Source of the DNA: an uncultured Acidimicrobiales bacterium
Lineage (GTDB): Bacteria; Actinomycetota; Acidimicrobiia; Acidimicrobiales; UBA10347
Assembly (NCBI GenBank): GCA_943788915.1
Contig: CALSSD010000010.1
Span: forward strand, 496,001 to 560,000
Direction: 5' to 3'
Length of the DNA: 64,000 nt
Shown: positions 19,131 through 29,666 of the stretch, one piece after another
Numbering within the stretch: position 1 is the first letter of the stretch
How the letters are laid out: each line of letters begins with the position of its first letter
Program-made: the position numbers and the translations under genes
Notes under the pieces: model-generated
The model's input: the letters and a program-made list of their open reading frames with translations, nothing else
What the model was told of the DNA's origin: nothing
Database searches by the model: none

Positions 19131-20512
19131 CCTAATCGCTCCCTCACGCCCAAGATTCCTTGAGGTCGGACCAGCAGGATGATGATCAATACCACAAGAG
19201 CAATCAGGAATTTCAAGTCATTGTCGAGCCAGAAGGTGCTCATCTCGCTGACGAAACCAATAGCGAGACCGCCGACCATGGCGCCGTACGCCGTGCCGAG
19301 ACCTCCGAGCGTGACCGCAGCGAAGATCAGTAAGAGCATTTTCTCGCCCATTTGCCATTCGATGATGTTGGTGAGACCCAGGAAGATACCGCCCATGGCT
19401 GCAAGCGCTGAACCAGCAACCCACACCGCAAGGATGGTCTTATTGATGTCGATGCCCGATGACTCGGCGAGCGCCGGGTTATCAGACACCGCACGCATCG
19501 ATGTGCCCAGGCGAGTCTTCTGCAGCAGCGTGGCAATAAGAATGAGCATGAAGAAGGCGATCGACATGATAACGATGTCCTTAACCGGGATCTTGATAGG
19601 ACCAATATCGATGCCCGTTTGCAGCAGGTAGTGCTTGAAACCAACAGGTTCGGCTCGGAAGTAGATGACGATCACGTACCGCAACACGAACGCCAGACCG
19701 ATCGACACAACCATCAGCGAGATGTTGTTCATCTTGCGGTCTCGCAGCGGTTTGAACAAGCCTCGTTCGAGCACGAAGCCAAGGAGTCCACCCGACATGA
19801 TTCCGAGAATCACCGGTATCACGAACGGCAGCGACGGCATGAGCGCCTCGAAACCAAAGGCGGTGACGGCGCCGAACGTGACCATCTCGGAGTGGGCGAA
19901 GTTGACTAGGCCGGTGACGCCATAGATGAGCGAGAGCCCAACTGCGGCGAGTGCGACGAGGAGTCCGACTCGTAGTCCGCTCACAGCACGATTCGCAAGC
20001 TGCGTTGCTGTTGAGACAGGAGCGATGAGTGGTGCTGCGCCGTCTTCGAGCTTGAAGGCAACGGGGTACGAGCTCTTATCTAACGCGAGGACTTCTTTGA
20101 CGACCTCGTTGGTTGCTCCTTCCTTGAAACCGACGCCTTCAGGCAATGTCGCAACATCGATAACGGCGGTGTATTCGCCTGTACTCGTGATTTCGATTTG
20201 CCACTGGCCGCCTTCGTCCGAGATCGAAGTGCCGACTTCGGCGCCAGCCTCATCGAACACGGTCACGGAGATATCGGGGACCGGGTCTCGGCCGACACGC
20301 AATGTGCCTCGGATCTCATGATCGGGGGCTGTTTCCTGGGCCTGAGCGACGGGCATTATGAATGCCCCTGCCACGCTAAAGATGAGCGCACATAGGAAGA
20401 TGAACATCTTCCCGCGCCCTATTCGAGGTGATAGCACCGGGCAAACATAGCGCATGGTGACTCGGGACACGCTCCCTCGATCTGGTGCCAAATTGCTATA
20501 CGGCTGTGCCAT
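19127..20512 (-). CDS. livH: Branched-chain amino acid ABC transporter permease with N-terminal extracellular beta domain
   Basis: GLSLIYGVTGLVNFAH, RAVSDN and RPQGILG; signal peptide plus soluble domain before the permease; true start probably ~20406-20436. Confidence 0.88.
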   Translation of the reverse strand: MAQPYSNLAPDRGSVSRVTMRYVCPVLSPRIGRGKMFIFLCALIFSVAGAFIMPVAQAQETAPDHEIRGTLRVGRDPVPDISVTVFDEAGAEVGTSISDEGGQWQIEITSTGEYTAVIDVATLPEGVGFKEGATNEVVKEVLALDKSSYPVAFKLEDGAAPLIAPVSTATQLANRAVSGLRVGLLVALAAVGLSLIYGVTGLVNFAHSEMVTFGAVTAFGFEALMPSLPFVIPVILGIMSGGLLGFVLERGLFKPLRDRKMNNISLMVVSIGLAFVLRYVIVIYFRAEPVGFKHYLLQTGIDIGPIKIPVKDIVIMSIAFFMLILIATLLQKTRLGTSMRAVSDNPALAESSGIDINKTILAVWVAGSALAAMGGIFLGLTNIIEWQMGEKMLLLIFAAVTLGGLGTAYGAMVGGLAIGFVSEMSTFWLDNDLKFLIALVVLIIILLVRPQGILGVRERLG

Positions 20513-20571
20513 GTCCCATATTCCCGTTAGAGTTCGTGTAGCAAAGTAAACGCGGCACAGTCGCCGCGGCC

Positions 20572-23205
20572 ATGAGAGGGGCCCCTATGCAACGCAGTTT
20601 TATGCGTATCGTTGCCATGTTGTTCGCACTAGCGCTTGTCGCTGTTGCGTGCGGCAGCGATGCATCAACTGACGACTCTGCATCTGCTGCAGACACCAGT
20701 TCCGAATCCACATCGTCTTCCGAAGAGGCCATGGATGACGAAGAAGACGCCATGGACGACGAAGGAGACGACGCTGTCGCTGCTTCGTATGGCCCGGCCG
20801 AGGATTGTTCCGCTGATGAGGGTGGCTTGAATATTGGCACGCTGCTTCCTGAGACGGGTGCGCTTGCGTTCTTGGGTGATCCTTTGATTCAGGCTGTTGA
20901 GATGGCGATTTGTGACATCAATGCTGCTGGTGGTGTGAATGGTCAGCTTGTGACTCGTTCTGCTGGTGATTCGGGTACTGATCCTGATATCGCAAACCAG
21001 ACGGTTGACCGTTTGTTGTCGACCGAGGGTGTTGACGCCATTGTTGGTGCTGCTGCTTCTGGTATTTCTGGTGCGGTGATTGACAAGATCACTTCGGCTC
21101 CTGCGGTTCAGTGTTCACCTTCGAACACTGCTGCTGGTCTTGGTGTTGATGGCGACGACGGTTACTACTTCCGTGCGGCTCCTTCTGATGACCTTCAGGC
21201 TCCGGCTCTTGCTGACCTGATCCTGGGTGACGGTTACACCAGCGTTGCCATCGTGCCTCGTGCCGATGACTGGGGTGTTGGTATCCGCTCGTTCTTCGTT
21301 CCTGCGTTCGAAGATGGTGGCGGCGAAGTTGTCTACCAAGAGTCTTACGCTCCTGAATCAACCTCGTTTGATGATGTTGTTGCTGACGTTGTGGCTTCTG
21401 GTCCTGAAGCTGTTGTGCTTGCTTCGTTTGAAGAAGGCCTGCAGATTCTGCGCACGATGATCGAGCAGGGTGTTGGTCCTGATGTGATTCCGATCTACAT
21501 CACCGACGGTATGGCTTCTGGCAACCTTGGTGAACAGGTTGTTGAAGGTACTGATCTTGATCCTGGCATTGTGCAGGGCATGCGTGGAACCCAGCCTTCG
21601 GCTGCTCCTGCATCTGGTACTGCATCGTTCCCGGACGCTTTCGCTGCGTACGCTCCTGGCGTAGACACGGTGTTCAGCTCACAGTCGTATGACTGTGCAA
21701 TCGTTATTGCGCTTGCTGCTCACGCTGCAGGTTCGAACGATGCAGCTGCGATCAAGTCTGAAATGGTAAACGTCACTCGTGGCGGCGAGAAGTGCAACAG
21801 CTTCGGTGCCTGTGCTGCAATCATTGATGCTGGCGGCGACGCTGACTACGACGGTGCTTCTGGCCCGATCGACTTCCTTGATGCTGGTGAACCATCAGTT
21901 GGTTCCTACGACATCTACGAATACGACGCCGACGGCCTCCAAGTGGTCATCGAACAACTCGTCTTCGAAGCTACTGGTGGCGACGACGCACCCGAAGCAA
22001 CTCCTGTTGCCTACGGCGCTGAAGAGGATTGTTCCGCTGATGAGGGTGGCTTGAATATTGGCACGCTGCTTCCTGAGACGGGTGCGCTTGCGTTCTTGGG
22101 TGATCCTTTGATTCAGGCTGTTGAGATGGCGATTTGTGACATCAATGCTGCTGGTGGTGTGAATGGTCAGCTTGTGACTCGTTCTGCTGGTGATTCGGGT
22201 ACTGATCCTGATATCGCAAACCAGACGGTTGACCGTTTGTTGTCGACCGAGGGTGTTGACGCCATTGTTGGTGCTGCTGCTTCTGGTATTTCTGGTGCGG
22301 TGATTGACAAGATCACTTCGGCTCCTGCGGTTCAGTGTTCACCTTCGAACACTGCTGCTGGTCTTGGTGTTGATGGCGACGACGGTTACTACTTCCGTGC
22401 GGCTCCTTCTGATGACCTTCAGGCTCCGGCTCTTGCTGACCTGATCCTGGGTGACGGTTACACCAGCGTTGCCATCGTGCCTCGTGCCGATGACTGGGGT
22501 GTTGGTATCCGCTCGTTCTTCGTTCCTGCGTTCGAAGATGGTGGCGGCGAAGTTGTCTACCAAGAGTCTTACGCTCCTGAATCAACCTCGTTTGATGATG
22601 TTGTTGCTGACGTTGTGGCTTCTGGTCCTGAAGCTGTTGTGCTTGCTTCGTTTGAAGAAGGCCTGCAGATTCTGCGCACGATGATCGAGCAGGGTGTTGG
22701 TCCTGATGTGATTCCGATCTACATCACCGACGGTATGGCTTCTGGCAACCTTGGTGAACAGGTTGTTGAAGGTACTGATCTTGATCCTGGCATTGTGCAG
22801 GGCATGCGTGGAACCCAGCCTTCGGCTGCTCCTGCATCTGGTACTGCATCGTTCCCGGACGCTTTCGCTGCGTACGCTCCTGGCGTAGACACGGTGTTCA
22901 GCTCACAGTCGTATGACTGTGCAATCGTTATTGCGCTTGCTGCTCACGCTGCAGGTTCAAACGATGCCGCTGCGATCCAGTCTGAAATGGTAAACGTCAC
23001 TCGTGGCGGCGAGAAGTGCAACAGCTTCGGTGCCTGTGCTGCAATCATTGATGCTGGCGGCGACGCTGACTACGACGGTGCTTCTGGCCCGATCGACTTC
23101 CTTGATGCTGGTGAACCATCAGTTGGTTCCTACGACATCTACGAATACGACGCCGACGGCCTCCAAGTGGTCATCGAACAACTCGTCTTCGAAGCTATTG
23201 GCTGA
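20572..23205 (+). CDS. LivJ/LivK-type ABC substrate-binding lipoprotein with two tandem binding domains
   Basis: Lipobox LVAVAC, acidic linker, two copies of IGTLLPETG...YDGASGPIDF. Confidence 0.9.
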   Translation: MRGAPMQRSFMRIVAMLFALALVAVACGSDASTDDSASAADTSSESTSSSEEAMDDEEDAMDDEGDDAVAASYGPAEDCSADEGGLNIGTLLPETGALAFLGDPLIQAVEMAICDINAAGGVNGQLVTRSAGDSGTDPDIANQTVDRLLSTEGVDAIVGAAASGISGAVIDKITSAPAVQCSPSNTAAGLGVDGDDGYYFRAAPSDDLQAPALADLILGDGYTSVAIVPRADDWGVGIRSFFVPAFEDGGGEVVYQESYAPESTSFDDVVADVVASGPEAVVLASFEEGLQILRTMIEQGVGPDVIPIYITDGMASGNLGEQVVEGTDLDPGIVQGMRGTQPSAAPASGTASFPDAFAAYAPGVDTVFSSQSYDCAIVIALAAHAAGSNDAAAIKSEMVNVTRGGEKCNSFGACAAIIDAGGDADYDGASGPIDFLDAGEPSVGSYDIYEYDADGLQVVIEQLVFEATGGDDAPEATPVAYGAEEDCSADEGGLNIGTLLPETGALAFLGDPLIQAVEMAICDINAAGGVNGQLVTRSAGDSGTDPDIANQTVDRLLSTEGVDAIVGAAASGISGAVIDKITSAPAVQCSPSNTAAGLGVDGDDGYYFRAAPSDDLQAPALADLILGDGYTSVAIVPRADDWGVGIRSFFVPAFEDGGGEVVYQESYAPESTSFDDVVADVVASGPEAVVLASFEEGLQILRTMIEQGVGPDVIPIYITDGMASGNLGEQVVEGTDLDPGIVQGMRGTQPSAAPASGTASFPDAFAAYAPGVDTVFSSQSYDCAIVIALAAHAAGSNDAAAIQSEMVNVTRGGEKCNSFGACAAIIDAGGDADYDGASGPIDFLDAGEPSVGSYDIYEYDADGLQVVIEQLVFEAIG
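20800..23197 (+). repeat. 1,174-bp intragenic direct repeat (20800-21973 and 22024-23197)
   Basis: Period 1,224 nt; only 3 differences seen by eye, clustered near 21735-21755/22959-22979. Confidence 0.95.
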
Positions 23206-23245
23206 GATAGCCCCAACCGCTCCAAGCGGTTGAAACAGAAGTGAT

Positions 23246-23282
23246 GAAGGGACCTGGCTTCGGCCAGGTCTCTTCTCGTTTT
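23246..23282 (+). terminator. Intrinsic terminator after the substrate-binding protein gene
   Basis: GACCTGGC-TTCG-GCCAGGTC stem with T-rich tail. Confidence 0.7.
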
Positions 23283-23313
23283 GCCTTGGTTGGCTTGCTT
23301 CGCGGCGGCAAGT

Positions 23314-23432
23314 GCGTTGGAGGGTAGTCCGCCTCGCTCCGCTGCGGCTGTCCGAGCTGCACAAGTCGACGGTCCCGACAAGCTGTTGGGGCGTTTCGTT
23401 TCGCTCCCACGCGTAACGCTCGTCCCTCGCTC
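23314..23432. repeat. REP-like intergenic repeat cluster (reverse-complement copies of modules A and B)
   Basis: Matches 16246-16291 and 16326-16373. Confidence 0.8.
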
Positions 23433-23489
23433 TGGCTTTTCCGCAGGCCGGTGCCAGCTCGCTCGCTCCGGACGGAGGTGGGGTAGGTG

Positions 23490-23894
23490 TCAGCGGAGGG
23501 CTAGTTCTTGTTCGAGTTCTGGGATTCTTGCTGCGAGTGAACCGGCTCCTTGCGCCTGGCTCATCGCATTGTTGATCGTGCCGCCCTAGCTCGCTCCGAT
23601 GGCCCGCTCAGCGCCCGCTCCACCAGCCCCCGATGCCGAAGAAGCCTGCGTTGCTCGATTCACGAAGCTGTCCTGCATCTGCACAAGCTGCTTCTGCCGC
23701 TCGACGAGTTCAGCACGAAGTTCTGCCGTTGTTCTGCCTTCGTCCTTGCGCTGGTGGAATTCGGCCGCTTGGGCACGGAGCCGGTCTCGTTCGGTCTCGA
23801 GCTTGAAGCGGGCTGCGAAGTCGTCGTCGTATAACGCCAGTAGTTCGTCGGTGACCTGCGAAAGCCGCCTGACAATGTCGTCGATCTCCGCCAT
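23490..23894 (-). pseudogene. Helical hypothetical protein with in-frame TAG at 23586-23588
   Basis: Frame continues GGTINNAMSQAQGAGSLAARIPELEQELALR* after the TAG. Confidence 0.5.
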
Positions 23895-24025
23895 GGAGCC
23901 AGTGGTAGCTTTCGGCCGGGAGGCGCACCGTTCGCTCCCTGCAGGATCGGTGCTTGATCAACGAGAGCCCAGTGGTTTCGGTTCGTGACGGCGTCGCGGC
24001 GCTGGCGCCGGGCTAGCGTCTGTGG

Positions 24026-24979
24026 GTGACGAAAAGTACTCATCAGGCGATCGCCGACGAACGTAATGCCACCGTCGAGATCTACATCAACGGCGAATTC
24101 TTCCCCCGTAACGAAGCCAAGATCTCGGTGTTCGATAGCGGTTTTCTGGTCGGCGACGGCATCTGGGAAGGCATCCGGTTGCACCACGATGTCTTCGCTT
24201 TTCTCGATCGCCACCTCGACCGACTCTTCGCTGGATCTGCGGCAACCGGGATCGACATCGGCCTCGACCGGGCTGGCGTGACTGCTGCGCTCCGAGAGAC
24301 AGTCGACCGCAACGACATGCACGACAATGTGCACGTGCGGCTCATGGTCACACGTGGTGATAAGAAGACGCCATCACAGCACCCGTCGAACTGCATCGGT
24401 GGACCAAACATTGTGATCATCGCCGAACACAAGGCTGCAGATCCAGCGGTGCGCGACCAGGGCATCTCGCTCTTCACCGCAACGGTGCGCCGACCGCCGC
24501 CAGACACGCTTGACCAGAAGCTGAACTGTCACTCCAAGCTCCATGAAGTCATCGCACTCATCCAAGCAACGAACGCAGGTGCCGACGAGGCACTCATGCT
24601 TGATCCCACCGGTGCGGTCGCTACGTGTAACGCCACCAACTTCTTCATCGTGAAAAAGGGCGAGATCTACACCGCCACGGGGCAATACAACTTGAATGGC
24701 ATCACCAGCGCTCTGATCTACGAGGTAGCGGTCGCAGCTGGGATCCCGGCACACCGAGCGCCGTTCTCCCTTACCGATGTCTACGCCGCCGACGAAGCAT
24801 TCGTGACCGGCACGTTCGGTGGTGTGACTCCGGTGCACACGATCGACGGACGCACCATCGCCGACGGCAGGCAGGGTCCCATGTCGGCTCGGCTCCGCGA
24901 GCTTTATCAAGCAGCAATGGCCACCGAGGTCGCTTCGGGTGGTTATGAAGCAACGCTGTCCTCGACCACGGCGCAGTGA
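24026..24979 (+). CDS. Aminotransferase class IV (PLP fold IV)
   Basis: SVFDSGFLVGDGIWEG, HLDRL, DEALMLD and AFVTGTFG motifs. Confidence 0.92.
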   Translation: MTKSTHQAIADERNATVEIYINGEFFPRNEAKISVFDSGFLVGDGIWEGIRLHHDVFAFLDRHLDRLFAGSAATGIDIGLDRAGVTAALRETVDRNDMHDNVHVRLMVTRGDKKTPSQHPSNCIGGPNIVIIAEHKAADPAVRDQGISLFTATVRRPPPDTLDQKLNCHSKLHEVIALIQATNAGADEALMLDPTGAVATCNATNFFIVKKGEIYTATGQYNLNGITSALIYEVAVAAGIPAHRAPFSLTDVYAADEAFVTGTFGGVTPVHTIDGRTIADGRQGPMSARLRELYQAAMATEVASGGYEATLSSTTAQ

Positions 24980-25716
24980 ATTTGGCGCCGCCGACTGACG
25001 GCGTGATCCGGGTCCAGTGTTGGTCGGGCCCGCGCAACATATCGACCGCGCTCATGTACTCGTGGCGTCAGCGCGCTGACACCACGGTGTACGACGAGCC
25101 GCTGTACGCCCACTACCTGACCAGGGACGATCGTGGTCATCCGGGAGTGCCTGAGATCCTGGCCAGTCAGCGCCATGATCCCGACGCTGTGATCAGTGAT
25201 GTGATCCTCGGGCCATGTGCCACGCCCGTGCTGTACATCAAACAGATGGCGCATCATCTCAATGGTGTTGACCGCCGCCATCTCGCCCATACCGAGAACA
25301 TCCTGCTGGTCCGTCACCCTCGAGACATGTTGGCGTCGTTGTCGGTGCAACTTCCTAACTGTGAGCTGAGCGATACCGGTTTGGTTGAGTCGGTAGAGCT
25401 GCTCGACACGATCCTGGCCGAAGGCGGCTCACCGGTTGTGATCGAAACGCAGTCACTCTTGCGAGATCCCGCTGGAGTGCTCGGACAGGTTTGCGAACGG
25501 GTCGGTTTGGACTTCGACCCTGCGGTCCTGAGTTGGCCGGCTGGCCCGAAGCCCGAAGACGGTGTGTGGGCCAAACATTGGTACGACAACGTGCATGCAT
25601 CGACATCGTTTGCGCCGTACGTGCCGTCGAGTCGTGACGTTCCTGAAAAGACGCTGGCCGTTCTCGACCAGGCAATGCCATTGTTCGAACGGTTCGCACA
25701 GTTCGCTATTAGCTGA
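24976..25716 (+). CDS. Sulfotransferase-like P-loop protein (BCAT-like-associated family)
   Basis: WSGPRNISTALMYSW, DEPLYAHYL, KQMAHH and DGVWAKHWY; GTGA overlap with the aminotransferase. Confidence 0.85.
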   Translation: MNLAPPTDGVIRVQCWSGPRNISTALMYSWRQRADTTVYDEPLYAHYLTRDDRGHPGVPEILASQRHDPDAVISDVILGPCATPVLYIKQMAHHLNGVDRRHLAHTENILLVRHPRDMLASLSVQLPNCELSDTGLVESVELLDTILAEGGSPVVIETQSLLRDPAGVLGQVCERVGLDFDPAVLSWPAGPKPEDGVWAKHWYDNVHASTSFAPYVPSSRDVPEKTLAVLDQAMPLFERFAQFAIS

Positions 25717-25764
25717 ACACTTCTTGCTTGTGCACAGGTGTTAGTGGTCTGACAGACTTCAACA

Positions 25765-26835
25765 ATGACCAACGCTCCAATTCTTCCTGGCCGACTCGGT
25801 GATCCATCTATGGTGATCGGCACCGATCCCCGAGCGGACCCTCGCATGGTGGCGGCGATGGCGCCGATCGGCCTCGACGGTGCACCAGAACCGGCGCCGG
25901 TCGATATCAACTCGCCGAGTGAAGCATTGCAGGAGTATGCGATGGCTGCCGAAGAGGGGTTTGGTGCGCTCGGAGGCATCTTCGCAGCGAACGCCCCGGC
26001 TGTCACCAATGTCGAACGGCGAACCGAGGTCATTCGGGGCATCGATGGCAACGATGTGAGCCTGTACATTCACACACCCACCGATGTCGAGGGACCTTCG
26101 CCTGCCATCGTGCACATGCACGGCGGCGGCATGGTCATCATGGAAGCTTCAGGTGATGGTTATGTGCGATGGCGCGACGAGTTGGCCGCAACAGGGTTGG
26201 TCGTGATCGGTGTCGAATTCCGCAACGCTGCTGGGAAACTCGGTCCGCACCCATTCCCTGCAGGCCTCAACGATTGCTTTAGCGGCCTGAAGTGGGCCCA
26301 TGACAACCGTGATGCGCTTGGGATATCCAAGATCGTGATTTCCGGCGAGTCCGGCGGCGGGAACCTGTCACTCGCCACCACGCTCAAGGCAAAGGGCGAA
26401 GGTGCGCTGGACATGGTCGATGGCGTGTATGCCCAGTGTCCATACATCTCCGGTGCCTATGCCGAAAAGGATCCCGCTCTGCCGTCATTGTGGGAGAACG
26501 ATGACTACTTCTTGAACTGCTCGATGATGGGTTCGATGGTGCGCATGTACAGCCCCGACGGCGCCGACGACACGAACCCGCTCGCGTGGCCGCACCACGC
26601 GTCGGTCGAGGACCTGCAAGGTCTCCCGCCTCATTGCATCTCGGTGAACGAACTTGATCCGCTCCGCGACGAAGGTCTTGCCTACTTCCGCAAGCTGCTT
26701 GCCGCCGGTGTCTCCGCGTCGAGCCGCACGGTTAATGGCACCTGCCATGCCGGCGACTGCTTGTTCCGCGATGCAATGCCCGAGGTCTACATGGGCACAA
26801 TCCGCGACATCAATAGTTTCGCCAACAGCTTGTAA
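25765..26835 (+). CDS. Alpha/beta hydrolase (HSL-family esterase)
   Basis: HGGG, GESGG, DPLRDEG and catalytic His (TCHAG). Confidence 0.92.
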   Translation: MTNAPILPGRLGDPSMVIGTDPRADPRMVAAMAPIGLDGAPEPAPVDINSPSEALQEYAMAAEEGFGALGGIFAANAPAVTNVERRTEVIRGIDGNDVSLYIHTPTDVEGPSPAIVHMHGGGMVIMEASGDGYVRWRDELAATGLVVIGVEFRNAAGKLGPHPFPAGLNDCFSGLKWAHDNRDALGISKIVISGESGGGNLSLATTLKAKGEGALDMVDGVYAQCPYISGAYAEKDPALPSLWENDDYFLNCSMMGSMVRMYSPDGADDTNPLAWPHHASVEDLQGLPPHCISVNELDPLRDEGLAYFRKLLAAGVSASSRTVNGTCHAGDCLFRDAMPEVYMGTIRDINSFANSL

Positions 26836-26928
26836 CTCGATGGTGTAACAACGGTCTGCAGTTCATGCAGGCCGTTTCACCGCGCCAACCCACAACTCGG
26901 TCGCGCTGGTGGCCAGCCGAAGTGTGCC

Positions 26929-28099
26929 TTAGGCCGACAGCGGCAACGCCTCGCGTAGCGCCCCATCGACATAACGTTTCACCGACTTCTCGAACGGGAA
27001 CGAAAGGTGGCTGCCGTTGTACCAGTGGATACTTGGCTGGCCCCAGTGTTCCCACAACGTCTTGACGTTGCCGGGGCGCACCCACCGATCGAGAAGCCCG
27101 GCGTAGATATAACGCCGGTCATGAGCGACCAGGGGCTGCATAGCGAGTGGCGACACCGGGGTGAAGACCCGTTCTAGTGGGCCCCACGACAGGCCCCACT
27201 GTTCGTAGAACGGCGGAAGGAGCGGTTCGATCTGGCGGCGCATGCCCCGAACCAGGTCGCTCTCGGGGACACCGGCGATGACACAGGCGAGGTCGTCGTC
27301 GAGACAACTGACCAACGACACCATGTAACCGCCCAACGAGATGCCGCTGATTCCGATTGATTGGGCTCCCATCTCCGTCCGCAACCAGGCAAGGACCCGA
27401 CGGATATCCCACGCGCCGTGCGCAATGGTGTTGATGGTGTTCATCGCACCTGCGTTCAAGACGCGAGCACCCGAGGTCTCACCAAGTGCGCGGGGGCCAT
27501 GCAACGGCAACGTCACATTGGCCACATTGAGGCCCAAGTCCTTATGCAGGTGTTTCACCCGAAACGACATCAGGTCGGTACCTAGGTCGCCGGTCCGATA
27601 CCCGTTGATCACCAGGATCCACGGGCGATCTTCGTGGTCGCTGTGGCGCAGAATCCAGCCAGCGGCCTCGTTCACCTTGGGGTAATTCAGCCACCGGTCA
27701 CGCCCGGGTTCACCCAGGTGTGGTTCGAAGTCGCTAGCAAACCGGAACCGCTCGAGTTTGAGTCCAGCGAACGGTGCCGACTTCAGGCTCATGTCGGTGG
27801 TGGCCGGTGGGTCCTGGTGGTACGAGCGAGGATCCTTGATCCAGCCCTCGTTCACCGAATAACGCACGGGCCTCGGACAGTTCTTCTCGTAATCGGCGAC
27901 GGAAGGTGATGTCGGGGATCCGCATTCGGCCCTGCATCATCTCAGCCTGCATGGACCATTCGTCGATCCACCATTTGCCGAGCGCTGCGGGTGTCGGTCT
28001 CGGCGTCGGGATGTCGTCGTCGCTGTGGCCCCGAACCCAATCGGTGGCGTGATGCATCAGGTCGATGCCAGAGGGAAGGTCGGGGAGTGTTGTAGCCAC
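26929..28099 (-). CDS. Alpha/beta hydrolase split by a one-base frameshift at ~27845-27847
   Basis: ...ARALFGERG/WIKDPRSYH joins when one G of GGG is removed (389 aa); GISLGG nucleophile, LDR and GSH. Confidence 0.8.
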
Positions 28100-28133
28100 G
28101 AGGGTCCAGTTCAGCAGAGGAGGATCAGGAGGG

Positions 28134-29666
28134 TCAGAGCGGGATAGTGAGCAGGGAACGTCGCAGTACTTTGCCAGTGGTGGTCATCGGGAGTTCATCG
28201 AGAAGGGTGAGGTCTCGTGGTCGTTGAAAGGGGGCCAACAGGTCGTGGCACCAGTCGTTCAACTCGTCGAGATCGAGACCAGGTTCGGCCACGACGAATG
28301 CAGCGATGCGTTGTCCGAACTCATCGTCTGGTGAGCCGACAACCGCTGCCTGGCGGACAAGTGGGTGTTGCTCAAGAACCTCTTCGACCTGCGACGGGAA
28401 CACGTTCTCGCCGCCGGTCACGATGAGGTCGTTCTCGCGGCCGTCGACGAAGAGCCGACCCACTACATCGAGGTAACCGAGATCACCGGTGGCCATGAAA
28501 CTGCCCACGCGGGTGCGGCTTGTGCCGTCGGTGTAGCCGTCGAACTGCATGGAGTTCGACGTGAACACCCGTCCGATCGTCCCTGGTGCAACCGGGTTGT
28601 TCTGATCGTCCAAGATCACCACGGTTACACCCGCCGGTGCCGAGCCCACGGTTCCAGGGGCGTTCACCAGGTCCTGAGGTGTGGCGACGGTGGCGATAGC
28701 CGTTTCGGTTGAGCCATAGACGTTGTAGAGGTGAGGACCGAATCGTTCGATCCACCTGTTAGCCAAGGTGCCAGACAACACGTTCCCTGAACACACAACC
28801 GCACGTAGTCCTGCCACATCGAGAAGGGGATGAGCCGCGGCGAGCAGGCGACTCAGCATGACAGGGACCACGGCAACCAACGACACGTCGTTGCTGGCAA
28901 TGGAGCGGAAGGTTGCACCCGGATCGAACGTGCGTTGCAAGACCAGTGTGGAGCCCGTGGCCAAGGCGATGTTGCAATGGGCGAGACCCCACGCATGGAA
29001 CAACGGTGAGGCGACCAGCGTGGTGTCGTTCATCCGAATCGGCAACGCATCGAGCAGCCCGGCGTCGCCGATGGACGGCCGCTGTTCCGCCTGGCGAGCG
29101 CCTTTGGGTGGGCCAGTTGTTCCCGACGTGAGCATGACGACCCGGGAACGGCGTCGTGGCCACGCCGCCAAGGTCGCACGACTGTGTGCACCGGGGTCGT
29201 CGGCAGAAACAACCTGCACCGGAACGCCATTAAGTCGGTCGGCGAACTCGTCGTCGGCAATAACAACGGCAAGTTCTTCACGCTGAGCGATCTGCGCGAG
29301 CTGGCTAGCTGGCAGCGAAGTATTCAGCATCACCGCGTTGCGGCCTGAACGTTCGATTGCTAACTGGGCAAGTGGGAAGCCACGATGGTTGCGACTCAGC
29401 AGACCAATAGCCCCGTCGGGGAGTTTGCGCAATCCAGCCGCTAGTCGGTCTGCCTGCTGATCTAACTGTCGATATGTCAGCGTTCCGTCATCGTCGATGA
29501 CCGCAGGACGCGATGGCCAACGCAGTGCCGAAGCATGGACCAGTGCACTTAGTGTTGGACCCCACCGGACGAGCCCAGCAGTCCTGGCCCCAGTGAGTAG
29601 CGGGTCCCACGCTGCAAACCGGACAGACCGGGCTGCTAGCCGATGGATGTCGGAGACGACGGACAT
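28134..29666 (-). CDS. AMP-binding acyl-CoA synthetase
   Basis: LTSGTTGPPKG, YGSTE, TGDLG and GGENVFP motifs. Confidence 0.92.
   Translation of the reverse strand: MSVVSDIHRLAARSVRFAAWDPLLTGARTAGLVRWGPTLSALVHASALRWPSRPAVIDDDGTLTYRQLDQQADRLAAGLRKLPDGAIGLLSRNHRGFPLAQLAIERSGRNAVMLNTSLPASQLAQIAQREELAVVIADDEFADRLNGVPVQVVSADDPGAHSRATLAAWPRRRSRVVMLTSGTTGPPKGARQAEQRPSIGDAGLLDALPIRMNDTTLVASPLFHAWGLAHCNIALATGSTLVLQRTFDPGATFRSIASNDVSLVAVVPVMLSRLLAAAHPLLDVAGLRAVVCSGNVLSGTLANRWIERFGPHLYNVYGSTETAIATVATPQDLVNAPGTVGSAPAGVTVVILDDQNNPVAPGTIGRVFTSNSMQFDGYTDGTSRTRVGSFMATGDLGYLDVVGRLFVDGRENDLIVTGGENVFPSQVEEVLEQHPLVRQAAVVGSPDDEFGQRIAAFVVAEPGLDLDELNDWCHDLLAPFQRPRDLTLLDELPMTTTGKVLRRSLLTIPL

Noticed and set aside
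20800..21700. T-ending codon bias in the substrate-binding gene as a sign of foreign origin
   Set aside because: Also compatible with high-expression codon bias; cannot be resolved without genome-wide codon statistics
16192..23432. Composite transposon or MITE with terminal inverted repeats around liv
   Set aside because: No transposase, module order is inconsistent with a single inverted repeat, and no target-site duplication was seen
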